Below, one piece after another: positions 28,833 to 39,058 of a DNA stretch of 64,000 nucleotides. The notes under the pieces were generated by a model. That model had not been told where the DNA came from. It worked only from the letters and a program-made list of their open reading frames with translations, and searched no databases. Position numbers and translations under genes: made by a program. This DNA is from Gemmatimonadales bacterium (GTDB lineage Bacteria > Gemmatimonadota > Gemmatimonadetes > Gemmatimonadales > GWC2-71-9). The stretch covers positions 4,420 to 68,419 of the forward strand of contig JBFGJG010000019.1 of the NCBI GenBank assembly GCA_041577295.1, in the 5' to 3' direction. Position 1 is the stretch's first letter. Each line of letters opens with the position of its first letter.

Positions 28833-31700
28833 GTGAATGTCGTCATGCGTATCTCGACCTCTCTCATCTGGTTGATTCTGGCTGGTGGCCTGTCGTTGCC
28901 CGGTTCGCGGGATGCGCTCGTGGGGCAGGAGCTTCCGACCATTCCGGCGGACCGGTGTCGCTCGGAAAATGACGCTCGTCTCGCGTTTGGGTTGTGCCCT
29001 GGGGAGACCTTCGATTTCTACGCGAGCGGTCCGTACCGTGAGGGGATACCCCGGCCCGAAGACGTGTTGCGGTATCCGATCGGAAGCTGGCACACGACGT
29101 ACGGTCGGATGGAGCGCTACCTCGACGCGCTCCAGCGAGCGACCCCAGCCCGTGTGCGTGTGATCGATTATGGAACGAGCGTTGAGCACCAAACGATGCA
29201 CTTGGTGGTCGTTTCGTCGGAGGCCAACATCGCACGACTCGACGAAATTCGTGGAAATCTCGCACGTCTGGCCGATTCCCGTCGCACGACGCGGTCCGAT
29301 GCCGAGCGAATCATCGCACAGACCCCAATCGTGACGTGGCTCAACGCCGCCAACGACGGAAACGAAACGGCGGCGTTCGAGGCGGCCATGCAGGTGGCCT
29401 TTCAGTTGGCGGCGGGTGAAGATCAACGAACCCGCATGTTGCGGGACAGCGCCGTCACCGTCATCAACCTGGCGCACAATCCGGAGAGTCACGAACGGCA
29501 TGTAGCGTGGTACAACGCATTTGTCGTGGGCGATCCGGATCCGCTGGCGCTCGAGCACGACGCACCCTGGGGGATGAGCACCAACAACAACCACTATCAG
29601 TTCGATCTCAATCGTGACGCACTCGGTCTCACTCAGACGGAGACGCGCGCCGTTGCGGCCGAGCTGCAGCGGTGGCGGCCACAGGTGTTCGTCGATCTGC
29701 ATGGCCAAACCACACAGTTCTTCTTTCCTCCCGCAGCACCCCCGATCATGCCGCTCTACCCTTCGTCACTCAACGAGTGGCTGGATGTGTTTGGACGTGG
29801 GAATGCGGTCGCGTTTGACGGTTATGGCTGGAGCTACTACACGCGAGACCGGTTCGACCTCTTTTATCCGGGGTACTGGGATACGTATCCGGCGTTGCAT
29901 GGCGCTACGGGGATGACCTACGAGACCGACGGTGGGGGGTACAAGGGGGCACGGTGGCGACGCGACGATGGAACGATTCTCACGTTTGCGGATGGGATCG
30001 CGCACCATTTCGTCGCCTCGTTGGCGACTGTCGAGACCGCTGCGCGTCACCGGACACCGCGATTGATGTCCTATTTCGAGTTCTTTCAATCCGCTTTGCA
30101 GCAGGCGGGTGGTGGGCAGGTGCGGACCGTGTTCTTCTTGGCGGGCCAAAAGCCCAATAGGGCTGCGCGACTCGCAATCACACTATTGCGGCATGGCATC
30201 GAGGTGGGGCGCTCCCAGCGAGCAACGCGGGTCACCGTCACGCGTTTCGCCACCGGACAGCAGGAGCAAGTCGACGTGCCGGTAGGAGCGTATGTGGTCG
30301 ACCTCGCTCAGCCAAACGGTCGGCTCGCGGCGACGTTGCTGGCCCCGGACATTCCAGTGCCGAACGAGTACGCCGCCGCCGAGTTGGCGAGGTTTGCCCG
30401 GAATGCACGTCGCGCACCGGACGAGCAGGAGCGCTACACCTTTTACGACGTGACCGCTTGGAACCTCCCGCTCGCGGCAGGAGTCGACGGTTTCTGGAGT
30501 ACGCAACCGCTCGATCTCGGTGCGACACCGCTCAGCGTCTCGGATGAGCAGCGTAAGGCTGCCGGTGGATGGCTCAGCGAACGGCACACTGAGGTCGGTG
30601 GAGGCGTGTCCGGTACGGCGCAGAGCGCATACGTCTGGTCACCCGGCGATCCGGGGGCTTATCGTCTCCTTGCGAACCTGCTGGATGAGGGGTTCAACAT
30701 CGCAGTCGCGGCACGCCCCATCGTCGTGGATGGGCGTGAATTCCCACGCGGAGCCATGGTGGCGCGCGTGGGCCGGAATTCCGAGGAGCTGCACGAACGG
30801 ATCGCGGCGCTCTCGCGTTCCGCGGGTGTCATGGCGCTTTCCGCACGGAGCGCGTTTCCCGATCGCGGGCAGGCCGGCACGGGATCCGATGATACCCGCT
30901 CATTGAAGGCGCCCCGTGTAGCGCTGTTGGCCGGGGACGGCGTGCGAGTGACGTCGTATGGCCACATCTGGTTCGAGCTCGAGCGCCGAATCGGCTATCC
31001 CTTTACTCCGGTGCGGGCCACTGATGTTGCCCGTGCTGACATCGACCATTTCGATGTCATTGTGATTCCGGAAGGTTCCTACGACAACGCACTGGGCGAG
31101 CGCGGCACCGACAAGTTGCGAGATTGGGCGCGCCGCGGCGGCACCATCGTCGGAATCGGAGGGGGAGCGGCATTCGTCATGGATGGCGACTTCGGCACAT
31201 CCCACGAGGCCGCCGACACCACCCGCCCGCCCACCGACACGATCGCCGCGATCCTGCGGACTATCGATGCCGCCGCGCCCCCGGCGACGGTCCTCCCGCC
31301 CACGATGAGCCCCGATGCCCGGCCGCATGCGCCGCAACGGGTTCCCGGTAGTTTCCTCCGCGCCCGCGTCGACAGGACGCATTGGCTCACGGTTGGCTAC
31401 GAACAAGATGAGCTACCCGTGTTCATGCGATCCCTTCCGCTGAGGACCTCCAAGAGCGGTACGAATCCCGTTGTCTTTGCAACAGACGCCCCGCTGGTCA
31501 TCGCTGGCTTCTCGTGGCCCGACAACACCGATCGAACCTATCGAGGAAAGCCGTATGTGACCGTCGATGCGGTGGGCAATGGTCGTATTATCCTCTTCGC
31601 CGAAGATCCACTATATCGAGGAGTGTACGACAGTGGTGCGGGGTTATTCTTCAATGCCATCTTCCTCGGTGCGCCCATGCGGCGCGATGCTGACAATTAG
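28833..31700 (+). CDS. Secreted M14-like zinc carboxypeptidase with C-terminal GATase-like domain
   Basis: DGNE, NHY-x-FDLNRD, DLH, FD-x-FYPGY, MTYE and YDVTAW-x-LP. The start may be ATG 28845. Confidence 0.88.
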   Translation: MNVVMRISTSLIWLILAGGLSLPGSRDALVGQELPTIPADRCRSENDARLAFGLCPGETFDFYASGPYREGIPRPEDVLRYPIGSWHTTYGRMERYLDALQRATPARVRVIDYGTSVEHQTMHLVVVSSEANIARLDEIRGNLARLADSRRTTRSDAERIIAQTPIVTWLNAANDGNETAAFEAAMQVAFQLAAGEDQRTRMLRDSAVTVINLAHNPESHERHVAWYNAFVVGDPDPLALEHDAPWGMSTNNNHYQFDLNRDALGLTQTETRAVAAELQRWRPQVFVDLHGQTTQFFFPPAAPPIMPLYPSSLNEWLDVFGRGNAVAFDGYGWSYYTRDRFDLFYPGYWDTYPALHGATGMTYETDGGGYKGARWRRDDGTILTFADGIAHHFVASLATVETAARHRTPRLMSYFEFFQSALQQAGGGQVRTVFFLAGQKPNRAARLAITLLRHGIEVGRSQRATRVTVTRFATGQQEQVDVPVGAYVVDLAQPNGRLAATLLAPDIPVPNEYAAAELARFARNARRAPDEQERYTFYDVTAWNLPLAAGVDGFWSTQPLDLGATPLSVSDEQRKAAGGWLSERHTEVGGGVSGTAQSAYVWSPGDPGAYRLLANLLDEGFNIAVAARPIVVDGREFPRGAMVARVGRNSEELHERIAALSRSAGVMALSARSAFPDRGQAGTGSDDTRSLKAPRVALLAGDGVRVTSYGHIWFELERRIGYPFTPVRATDVARADIDHFDVIVIPEGSYDNALGERGTDKLRDWARRGGTIVGIGGGAAFVMDGDFGTSHEAADTTRPPTDTIAAILRTIDAAAPPATVLPPTMSPDARPHAPQRVPGSFLRARVDRTHWLTVGYEQDELPVFMRSLPLRTSKSGTNPVVFATDAPLVIAGFSWPDNTDRTYRGKPYVTVDAVGNGRIILFAEDPLYRGVYDSGAGLFFNAIFLGAPMRRDADN

Positions 31701-31723
31701 AGGTACGAAATGGTCATGATTCC

Positions 31724-31751
31724 TTACTCCTCATCTCTTACTCCTCGCACC
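31724..31751. repeat. Intergenic heptamer-period repeat
   Basis: TTACTCC TCATCTC TTACTCC TCGCACC. Confidence 0.5.
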
Positions 31752-31753
31752 TT

Positions 31754-33064
31754 TTGGGGCTGAGTCGCAGGACGTTCACGTTCGCGGCTGGTGTGGGGTT
31801 GGGCGGATTGGTGCTGCGCGATCGGCGCTGGCCGTTGCGGCTCCCGCGGATGCAGATCGACGGTGACCGGGTGCTGCGTCACCTCAGGGGACTCGCCGCT
31901 TTTGGCAGGACCCCGGAGGGTGGCGCCAACCGCCTCGCATTCAGCGACGCGGACAAGGCCGCGCGCGAGTACGTCCTCGGCTTGATGAGCGGGGCAGGCC
32001 TTACCACAGCAGTGGACGCCGCTGGGAACCTCATCGGTCGTCGCCCAGGGAGCCAGGATGCTCCACCGGTCATGTTCGGTTCCCACATCGATTCCGTTCC
32101 CGGCGGTGGAAACTACGATGGCCCAGTCGGCGCAATCGGAGCCATCGAAGTTGCCCAATCTTTGGCGGAGCAGGGCATCCGCACGCGTCATCCCCTCGAG
32201 GTCGTGGTCTTCAGCAATGAGGAAGGTGGAAAGACGGGGAGTCGCGCACTCAGCGGTGAGGTCGAGTCGCGAGAGCTCGAGCTGATGACCGCGAGCGGGA
32301 AGACCATCGGGGAGGGACTCGCGTTCATCGGTGGCAATCCCGCCGCACTGGACGCGGTGCGACGGCAGCCCGGGTCTGTCGCCGCGTACCTGGAACTGCA
32401 CGTCGAACAGGGAGCCATTCTCGAGTCACAAGAGATCGACATCGGTGTTGTAGAGGGAATCGTCGGCATCAAGCGGTGGAACGTGACCGTGACGGGGTTT
32501 GCCAATCACGCCGGGACGACACCGATGAACCAACGCCGAGATGCACTCCTGGCAGCCGCGCAGTTCATTTGGACGGCCAACCGAGCGGCCGTAGAGCGTC
32601 CCGGCCGCCAGGTGGCGACCGTCGGTCGGCTCGAGGTAGAACCCGGCGCTCCCAACGTGATCCCAGGGGAAGTGTTGCTCAGTCTCGAGATTCGTGACCT
32701 CGAGATGGATCGCATCGACGAATTGTTCGGTGACATGCAGCTCGAAGCGATGCGGATCGCGGAAGAGACCGGGACGACGTTCGCCTTCGATCAGTTCTAC
32801 GTGAGCCGTGCGGCGCCAACTGACGAGCGGCTCCGGATGATCATAGAACGGTCTGCCCGCGAGCTCGATCTTTCGACACTCCGGCTTCCGAGCGGTGCCG
32901 GACACGATGCCCAGAGCATCGCCTTGCTCGGGCCGGTGGGAATGATCTTCGTCCCGAGCGTGGCAGGGATCAGTCACTCGCCCCGCGAGTTCTCGTGGCC
33001 ACGGGATGTCGTGAACGGGGTGAATGTTTTGTTCCAAGCCGTTTTGGGAGCTGACACGTTATGA
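31754..33064 (+). CDS. Tat-signal M20 Zn amidohydrolase, paralog of 27396-28706
   Basis: SRRTF; GSHIDSVPGGGNYDG, ELHVEQG, NHAGTTPM and SGAGHDAQ. Confidence 0.93.
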   Translation: MGLSRRTFTFAAGVGLGGLVLRDRRWPLRLPRMQIDGDRVLRHLRGLAAFGRTPEGGANRLAFSDADKAAREYVLGLMSGAGLTTAVDAAGNLIGRRPGSQDAPPVMFGSHIDSVPGGGNYDGPVGAIGAIEVAQSLAEQGIRTRHPLEVVVFSNEEGGKTGSRALSGEVESRELELMTASGKTIGEGLAFIGGNPAALDAVRRQPGSVAAYLELHVEQGAILESQEIDIGVVEGIVGIKRWNVTVTGFANHAGTTPMNQRRDALLAAAQFIWTANRAAVERPGRQVATVGRLEVEPGAPNVIPGEVLLSLEIRDLEMDRIDELFGDMQLEAMRIAEETGTTFAFDQFYVSRAAPTDERLRMIIERSARELDLSTLRLPSGAGHDAQSIALLGPVGMIFVPSVAGISHSPREFSWPRDVVNGVNVLFQAVLGADTL

Positions 33065-33089
33065 CACGCTTCACTTGGGAGAACAGACG

Positions 33090-36000
33090 ATGAGGTCGAT
33101 GAGTAGGGCCTTGCTGATCGTGGGACTCATGTCGCTGCCTTTGGAATCGGGCGCGCAGCAGCCGGATCGCAACATCGTGTACAATCCGGCGCTGTTTGAC
33201 GGCATGAAGTATCGGATGGTGGGTCCCTATCGTGGTGGGCGGTCTACGGCAGTCGCGGGGATCGCCGGAAACGCACGGCTCTTCTTCATGGGAACGACTG
33301 GTGGCGGTGTGTGGAAGACGACGGATGCCGGACAGTGGTGGACGAACGTCAGCGACGGTTTCTTCGGCGGGTCCCTCGGCGCGGTGGCCATTGCGCAGGC
33401 GGACCCCAACGTGATCTACGTCGGTACCGGCAGTGCCGACATCCGCGGTAACACCTCGACCGGCCGGGGCATATGGAAGTCAACCGACGCGGGGAAGAAC
33501 TGGGAGTTCATTGGGCTCAGAGAAGCCGGCCAGATAGCCTTCGTCGTCGTCCACCCCACGGACCCCGATCGGGTCTACGTGGCGGCGTTGGGTCATGCGT
33601 TCGGCAAGAATCCTGAGCGAGGCATTTTTCGCTCCCGTGACGGCGGGAGCACCTGGGATCACGTGCTGGCGTTGAACGACAGCACCGGTGCGTCCAGCTT
33701 GTCGATGAATCCCCGCAATCCGCGCGAGCTCTACGCCGGCATGTGGCGGGGTGAACGGAAGCCGTGGACGCTCATCAGTGGTGGGCCGGAGGGCGGCGTG
33801 TACAAATCGACCGACGCGGGGGCGACCTGGATCAAACTCGGAGGCGGTTTGCCGGGGGGGATCGTCGGAAAGGTGGGTGTGAGCGTTTCTGGTGCCAACC
33901 CAGACCGCGTGTGGGCCATGGTGCAGGCGGAGCCGGCCGGCGGGCTGTACCGGTCCGACGACGCGGGAAAAACCTGGACTCGTGTGAACAGTGAGAACAA
34001 GCTCCGGCAACGTGCCTTTTACTACACGCACGTTCGCGCCGATCCACAAGACGAACACACGGTCTATGTATTGAACACCCGGCTCCACAAGTCAGTGGAC
34101 GGCGGACGCACGTTCGAAGTCGTGGAGGTTCCTCACGGTGACGTGCACGACCTGTGGATCGATCCCACCAACCCCGAAGTCATGATCGTTGGAGACGACG
34201 GAGGTGCGCAGGTCACGCTCAATGGTGGCGTGACCTGGACGTCGTACCACAACCAGGCAACGGCCGAGTTGTACGACGTCATCGTGGACAACGCGTTCCC
34301 GTATCGCCTTTACGGCGCGCAGCAAGACAACACCACCATCAGCGTACCGGCTTGGACCAGCAGCAACACGCTGCACGCCAAAGAGCATTGGTACATGGTT
34401 GGCGGGTGCGAGACAGGGCCCATCGCGCTGCACCCGGATCACCCGCAGGTTGTCTATGCCGGCTGTTACGGCGGGGTGATCGATCGGTACGACCGCGTGC
34501 GTGATCAGCGACGGTACATATCGAACTACCCGCAGCTGCAGGTGGGTGAGGCGGGGCGTAACCTCAAGTATCGTTTCCAGTGGGTTTCGCCGATCGTCGT
34601 GTCCCCACACGATCCCAACACGGTTTATCACGCATCCCAGTACGTTCATCGTACGATGGACGGGGGCATGACCTGGGAAACGATTAGTCCGGATCTCACC
34701 ACAAATAGTTCGGAGCATCAAGCGGCGTCCGGCGGCCCAATCGACCACGACATCACCGGGGTCGAGATCTTCAACACGATCTTCTCACTGGCGGTGTCAC
34801 AGCATTCAGCCGATGTGATTTGGGCGGGCAGCGATGATGGACGAGTACACGTTACGCGTGACGCCGGTGCAAGCTGGACCGATGTAACCCCGCGCGCCAT
34901 GCCGGCACTGGGAACAGTCGATGAGATCGATCTGTCGGTACACCAGCCTGGTCGTGCGCTCGTGGCGGTGCATCGATACCGGGTGAATGATTTTCGACCG
35001 TACATCTTCCTCACAACGGATTTCGGCCGGTCGTGGCGGGTGCTCACGGACGGCACCAATGGCATTCCTGCGGATCATCCCGTGCGCACGGTGCGTGAGG
35101 ATGCGGAGGTCCCTGGGCTGCTCTACGCTGGGACGGAGTTCGGCGTGTTCGTCTCGTTCAACGACGGGCGCACCTGGCAGCCGCTGCAGCTGAACCTCCC
35201 CATCACGCCGGTCACGGGGATGCGCGCCCACAGGACGGACCTCGTGATCTCCACGCAAGGCCGGTCGTTCTGGGTACTGGACGATTTGAGCCCCCTGCGG
35301 CAGTTGACGCCAGAGATCGCACGAGCTGCGACGCACCTCTTCGCACCGCGCGAGGCCTATCGCGTGAACGCGGCGGGTGTCGAGGGGAACGACGGCGAGA
35401 CCGCGCCCGAGGTCCTCCCGGGGAACGCCATCATTTACTACTACCTGCGTTCAAAACCGACCACCTCGGTGACGCTGGAGATAACCGATGGGGCAGGTCG
35501 CCTCGTGCGTCGCTTCACGAGCGATTCGGCGACAGCCGAGGAAATGAAGCTCCCCAAGATCTCCGCGGATTCCGGGATGAACCGGGCCACGTGGGACATC
35601 ACGTATCAAGGTCCGGTGGTACCCGATTCGGTGATCGTTTGGGGGTACACGGGTGGAGTGAAGGCGCCTCCCGGGACCTATCAAGTCCGCTTGGTAGCTG
35701 GAGAGGCGACACACACCCAACCGATTACCGTCCTCAAGGATCCGCGGCTCGATAACGTGCAGCAGGCCGATTTCGAGGAACAGTTCGCGCTCGCCGTCCA
35801 GGTTCGGGACACGCTCAACGCTGTCTACCACGCGCTCGCGCAATTGCGTTCCGCCCGCACGCAGATCCAATCGGTGGCCGAGCGAGCCGTGGTCGGTGGC
35901 TATGGCGAGGACCTAAAACTGGCAGCTGACTCCGTTGCCGGCGCAATCGCTGCAGTCGAACAGGAGCTCACCCAAACGCGGAACCAGAGCAACCAAGATC

Positions 36001-36302
36001 CGCTCCGATATCCACCACAGTTAGATAATCAATTGGTGACGCTCTACGGATTCGTGACGGGAGCGGATTCCTATATCTACGGTGGGCCAGAAGGTCGACC
36101 CACGGCCGGTGCGTACGAGCGATTCAACGACCTCAATGGCGAATGGGCCGTGCTGCGTTCGCAGGTTCGATCCGTGATGGACGAGAACGTTGCGGTGTTC
36201 AACGAACGACTCAGAGCGCTGGGCATCCCGGGTGTGATTCTTCCGGCGGCCGGTGAACGGGTGACGTCTATGCGAAGCGACGAATCGCCGAGGCCTCACT
36301 GA
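33090..36302 (+). CDS. Secreted BNR/Asp-box (sortilin/VPS10-like) glycosyl hydrolase-like protein
   Basis: GPYRGGRS and many S/T-x-DG/AG-x-TW Asp-boxes; C-terminal FlgD-Ig-like and coiled regions; GGAG before ATG 33090. Confidence 0.9.
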   Translation: MRSMSRALLIVGLMSLPLESGAQQPDRNIVYNPALFDGMKYRMVGPYRGGRSTAVAGIAGNARLFFMGTTGGGVWKTTDAGQWWTNVSDGFFGGSLGAVAIAQADPNVIYVGTGSADIRGNTSTGRGIWKSTDAGKNWEFIGLREAGQIAFVVVHPTDPDRVYVAALGHAFGKNPERGIFRSRDGGSTWDHVLALNDSTGASSLSMNPRNPRELYAGMWRGERKPWTLISGGPEGGVYKSTDAGATWIKLGGGLPGGIVGKVGVSVSGANPDRVWAMVQAEPAGGLYRSDDAGKTWTRVNSENKLRQRAFYYTHVRADPQDEHTVYVLNTRLHKSVDGGRTFEVVEVPHGDVHDLWIDPTNPEVMIVGDDGGAQVTLNGGVTWTSYHNQATAELYDVIVDNAFPYRLYGAQQDNTTISVPAWTSSNTLHAKEHWYMVGGCETGPIALHPDHPQVVYAGCYGGVIDRYDRVRDQRRYISNYPQLQVGEAGRNLKYRFQWVSPIVVSPHDPNTVYHASQYVHRTMDGGMTWETISPDLTTNSSEHQAASGGPIDHDITGVEIFNTIFSLAVSQHSADVIWAGSDDGRVHVTRDAGASWTDVTPRAMPALGTVDEIDLSVHQPGRALVAVHRYRVNDFRPYIFLTTDFGRSWRVLTDGTNGIPADHPVRTVREDAEVPGLLYAGTEFGVFVSFNDGRTWQPLQLNLPITPVTGMRAHRTDLVISTQGRSFWVLDDLSPLRQLTPEIARAATHLFAPREAYRVNAAGVEGNDGETAPEVLPGNAIIYYYLRSKPTTSVTLEITDGAGRLVRRFTSDSATAEEMKLPKISADSGMNRATWDITYQGPVVPDSVIVWGYTGGVKAPPGTYQVRLVAGEATHTQPITVLKDPRLDNVQQADFEEQFALAVQVRDTLNAVYHALAQLRSARTQIQSVAERAVVGGYGEDLKLAADSVAGAIAAVEQELTQTRNQSNQDPLRYPPQLDNQLVTLYGFVTGADSYIYGGPEGRPTAGAYERFNDLNGEWAVLRSQVRSVMDENVAVFNERLRALGIPGVILPAAGERVTSMRSDESPRPH

Positions 36303-36307
36303 TCCGG

Positions 36308-38029
36308 ATGCGACGGAAGGGCCCACGGGGCTTTCTCCTTTGGGCCGCTGTCTTGCTGCCCGCCTGCGCCGGTGATTCAACACCGGACGCAGATCTCGTC
36401 CTTCTTCACGGCAATGTCCTGACGGTCGATCCAACTCGGCCGATTGCCGAAGCGGTTGCGGTGAGCGGGGACACGATCGTGGCGGTGGGCAGCGATCGGG
36501 AAATCCGCCGGTACGTCGGACGGGAAACGGAAGTGATCGATCTGGGTGGCTGGACCGTGCTCCCAGGTTTCATCGAGGGGCATGGGCACTTCATGAGCCT
36601 CGGCCGTTCGAAGATGAATCTCGATCTGACCACGGCGCGGTCGTGGAACGAAATCGTGACGATGGTCGGCCAAGCTGCGGCCGACGCACCGGTCGGCGTC
36701 TGGATTCAGGGACACGGCTGGCATCAAGAGAAGTGGGACGTGGCCGCCGATCCTGCCATTGAAGGCCTTCCCACACACGCGTCGCTTAGCGCAGTCTCGC
36801 CCAACAATCCCGTGGTACTCACGCACGCCAGCGGTCACGCATCCTTCGCCAACGCGCGTGCACTCGACATGGCAGGGATTCGCCGCGGCACACCCAATCC
36901 GCCAGGCGGGACGATCGTCCGCGACAGGGCGGGGCAGCCGACCGGTGCGCTGAGGGAAAGAGCACAGCTTCCGGTACGTGAGGCTCTTGCGCGATGGGAG
37001 TCCACGCGCAGTCCTGCAGAGAACGCTGCTCGGCAGCGGCGTATGGTCGAGCTCGCGGGGCGTGAGCTGCTCGCTAAAGGGGTAACGTCGTTTCACGATG
37101 CTGGATCGTCGTTTGCCACGATCGAGTTTCTGCAGGAGCTGGCCGAAGCTGGGGAGTTGCCCGTCCGATTGTACGTCATGGTACGGTATCAGACGAACGA
37201 CGAGATGGCCGCGCGGCTACCGGAGTTTCGGCGGATCGGGGTGGGCGGAGGGTTCCTCACGGTTCGCTCCATCAAGCGGCAGATTGACGGCGCCCTAGGG
37301 CCACACGGGGCTTGGCTGCTTCGACCGTACGAGGATCTTCGGAGCACCGGCTTGATTCTCGAGCGTCCGGACGACATTGCCCGCACGGCGGAGTTGGCGA
37401 TCCAACATGGATTCCAACTCAACACCCATGCGATCGGTGACCGCGCGAATCGCGAGGTGCTCGACATCTACGAGCGCGTGTTCGCGGCGCATCCCGGGGC
37501 AACCGATCTTCGGTGGCGCATCGAACATGCCCAACATCTCCATCCGAACGACATTGCACGGTTTGGCCAGCTCGGTGTGATCGCTTCGGTGCAAGGGATC
37601 CACGCTACCTCGGACGGGCCGTGGGTGATCAAACGGCTGGGTGAGCAGCGCGCATTTGAGGGAGCCTACGTGTGGCGTAAGCTCATCGACGTCGGGGCGT
37701 TGGTGACCAACGGTACCGACGCACCCGTCGAAGACGTCGATCCCATCGCCAGTTTTTACGCTTCGGTCACCCGTCGTCTTGCGGACGGTTCCGTGTTCTT
37801 TCCGGAGCAAAGCATGACCAGAGACGAGGCGCTGCGCTCTTACACCATCAACAACGCGTATGCCGCGTTCGAGGAGGCGATCAAGGGATCGCTCGAGCCG
37901 GGGAAGCTCGCAGATATCGTGGTGCTGTCGCGAGACATCATGACGGTGCCGGAGGATCGCATACCGGGCACTGAGGTGGTGATCACGATCGTGGGTGGAA
38001 AAGTGGTCTACCGGTTGGGCGAGTCTTAG
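36308..38029 (+). CDS. Amidohydrolase-3 (YtcJ-like) lipoprotein
   Basis: LPAC lipobox; PGFIEGHGH, DGALG, HAIGDRAN, RIEHAQ, GTDAPV and GKLAD. Confidence 0.93.
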   Translation: MRRKGPRGFLLWAAVLLPACAGDSTPDADLVLLHGNVLTVDPTRPIAEAVAVSGDTIVAVGSDREIRRYVGRETEVIDLGGWTVLPGFIEGHGHFMSLGRSKMNLDLTTARSWNEIVTMVGQAAADAPVGVWIQGHGWHQEKWDVAADPAIEGLPTHASLSAVSPNNPVVLTHASGHASFANARALDMAGIRRGTPNPPGGTIVRDRAGQPTGALRERAQLPVREALARWESTRSPAENAARQRRMVELAGRELLAKGVTSFHDAGSSFATIEFLQELAEAGELPVRLYVMVRYQTNDEMAARLPEFRRIGVGGGFLTVRSIKRQIDGALGPHGAWLLRPYEDLRSTGLILERPDDIARTAELAIQHGFQLNTHAIGDRANREVLDIYERVFAAHPGATDLRWRIEHAQHLHPNDIARFGQLGVIASVQGIHATSDGPWVIKRLGEQRAFEGAYVWRKLIDVGALVTNGTDAPVEDVDPIASFYASVTRRLADGSVFFPEQSMTRDEALRSYTINNAYAAFEEAIKGSLEPGKLADIVVLSRDIMTVPEDRIPGTEVVITIVGGKVVYRLGES

Positions 38030-38044
38030 TGCACGCGAGGTATC

Positions 38045-39058
38045 TCAGACGTCGGAGGCTGCACGGCTCGTCCTGACCGGAATCTTCATCGAGAAAACGG
38101 TCTCACCATTTGCACCGCGACTTTGCTCGAGCCACCCGCCCGCGCGCAGGACGAGCGCACGACACAGCTCGAGGCCGAGGCCGGAGCTCCCGGGCTGGCT
38201 CGTGCCACCGGCAGGCCCCGCATCGCTCACCCTGAGATGTGCCGTCCCGTGCGTGATAGTTCCCTCGATGAGGACGGGGCCAGGCTTGGCGTACCGGATC
38301 GCGTTGTCGATTAAGATGGCACAAGCCTGACGCACGACTAGCATGTCGTCGCAGTAACTCTCATCGTCCCCAGACACGTCCACCCGCAGGTCTTTGCGGC
38401 GCAACTGCGCTTCCGTGAGAAACCCCCGTAGCTCGGCGGTCAGGTCGGTTGCAAGCTCGTGCCCAGAACGCGGTGGTACCTGGGCCGGTGAGATTTCCAT
38501 ATCCGTTTTCGCCAAACCCAGGATGCTATCGAGCTTTCCGAGGCTGCGGGTGAGTCGTGCGACAACGGGTGTCAAGAGGCTCGAGTCCGGCCGTTCGCCG
38601 CGGGCGAGCTCTCCATCGACATACTCGAACGTCTCCACCGCCATGCTCAGCGGGGATCGCAGGTCGTGCGCAAGGAGCGACATGAGGAGGCGATTTAGCT
38701 GGCTCGAGCGTGTCGCCTCCTCGCGCGCGCGGCTGATCTGGATGCGACGGGTCTGGATGCGAAGGGCGATTGCACAGGCGGCAGGGAGTGTAAGCGAAAC
38801 GAAGATTCGGTTCGGAATCCAGACGGCTTCTGGTGAGATTGGGCCTCGACCGAACGCCGCTGCGATGAAAAAGCCGACGAAAGCGATGCCGAACGTGAGC
38901 CACACTGATCGACGGTCGTCCGTCAGCGACGAAAGCATGATGGGGATGCAGAGGAGAATCCCGACGACGATCCCTGCAGGAGTAAGCCAGTCGAGGATGA
39001 GGATACCCACGACACCGGCCAGGCTCGTTGCGGTCAAGCCAACGCTATGCCCGATCAC
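38045..39058 (-). CDS. Membrane sensor histidine kinase (intramembrane-type N-terminus)
   Basis: About 4 TM helices; AHDLRSPL H-box, DNAIRY N-box and GLGL G-box. GTGA overlap with the regulator stop. Confidence 0.92.
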   Translation of the reverse strand: MIGHSVGLTATSLAGVVGILILDWLTPAGIVVGILLCIPIMLSSLTDDRRSVWLTFGIAFVGFFIAAAFGRGPISPEAVWIPNRIFVSLTLPAACAIALRIQTRRIQISRAREEATRSSQLNRLLMSLLAHDLRSPLSMAVETFEYVDGELARGERPDSSLLTPVVARLTRSLGKLDSILGLAKTDMEISPAQVPPRSGHELATDLTAELRGFLTEAQLRRKDLRVDVSGDDESYCDDMLVVRQACAILIDNAIRYAKPGPVLIEGTITHGTAHLRVSDAGPAGGTSQPGSSGLGLELCRALVLRAGGWLEQSRGANGETVFSMKIPVRTSRAASDV

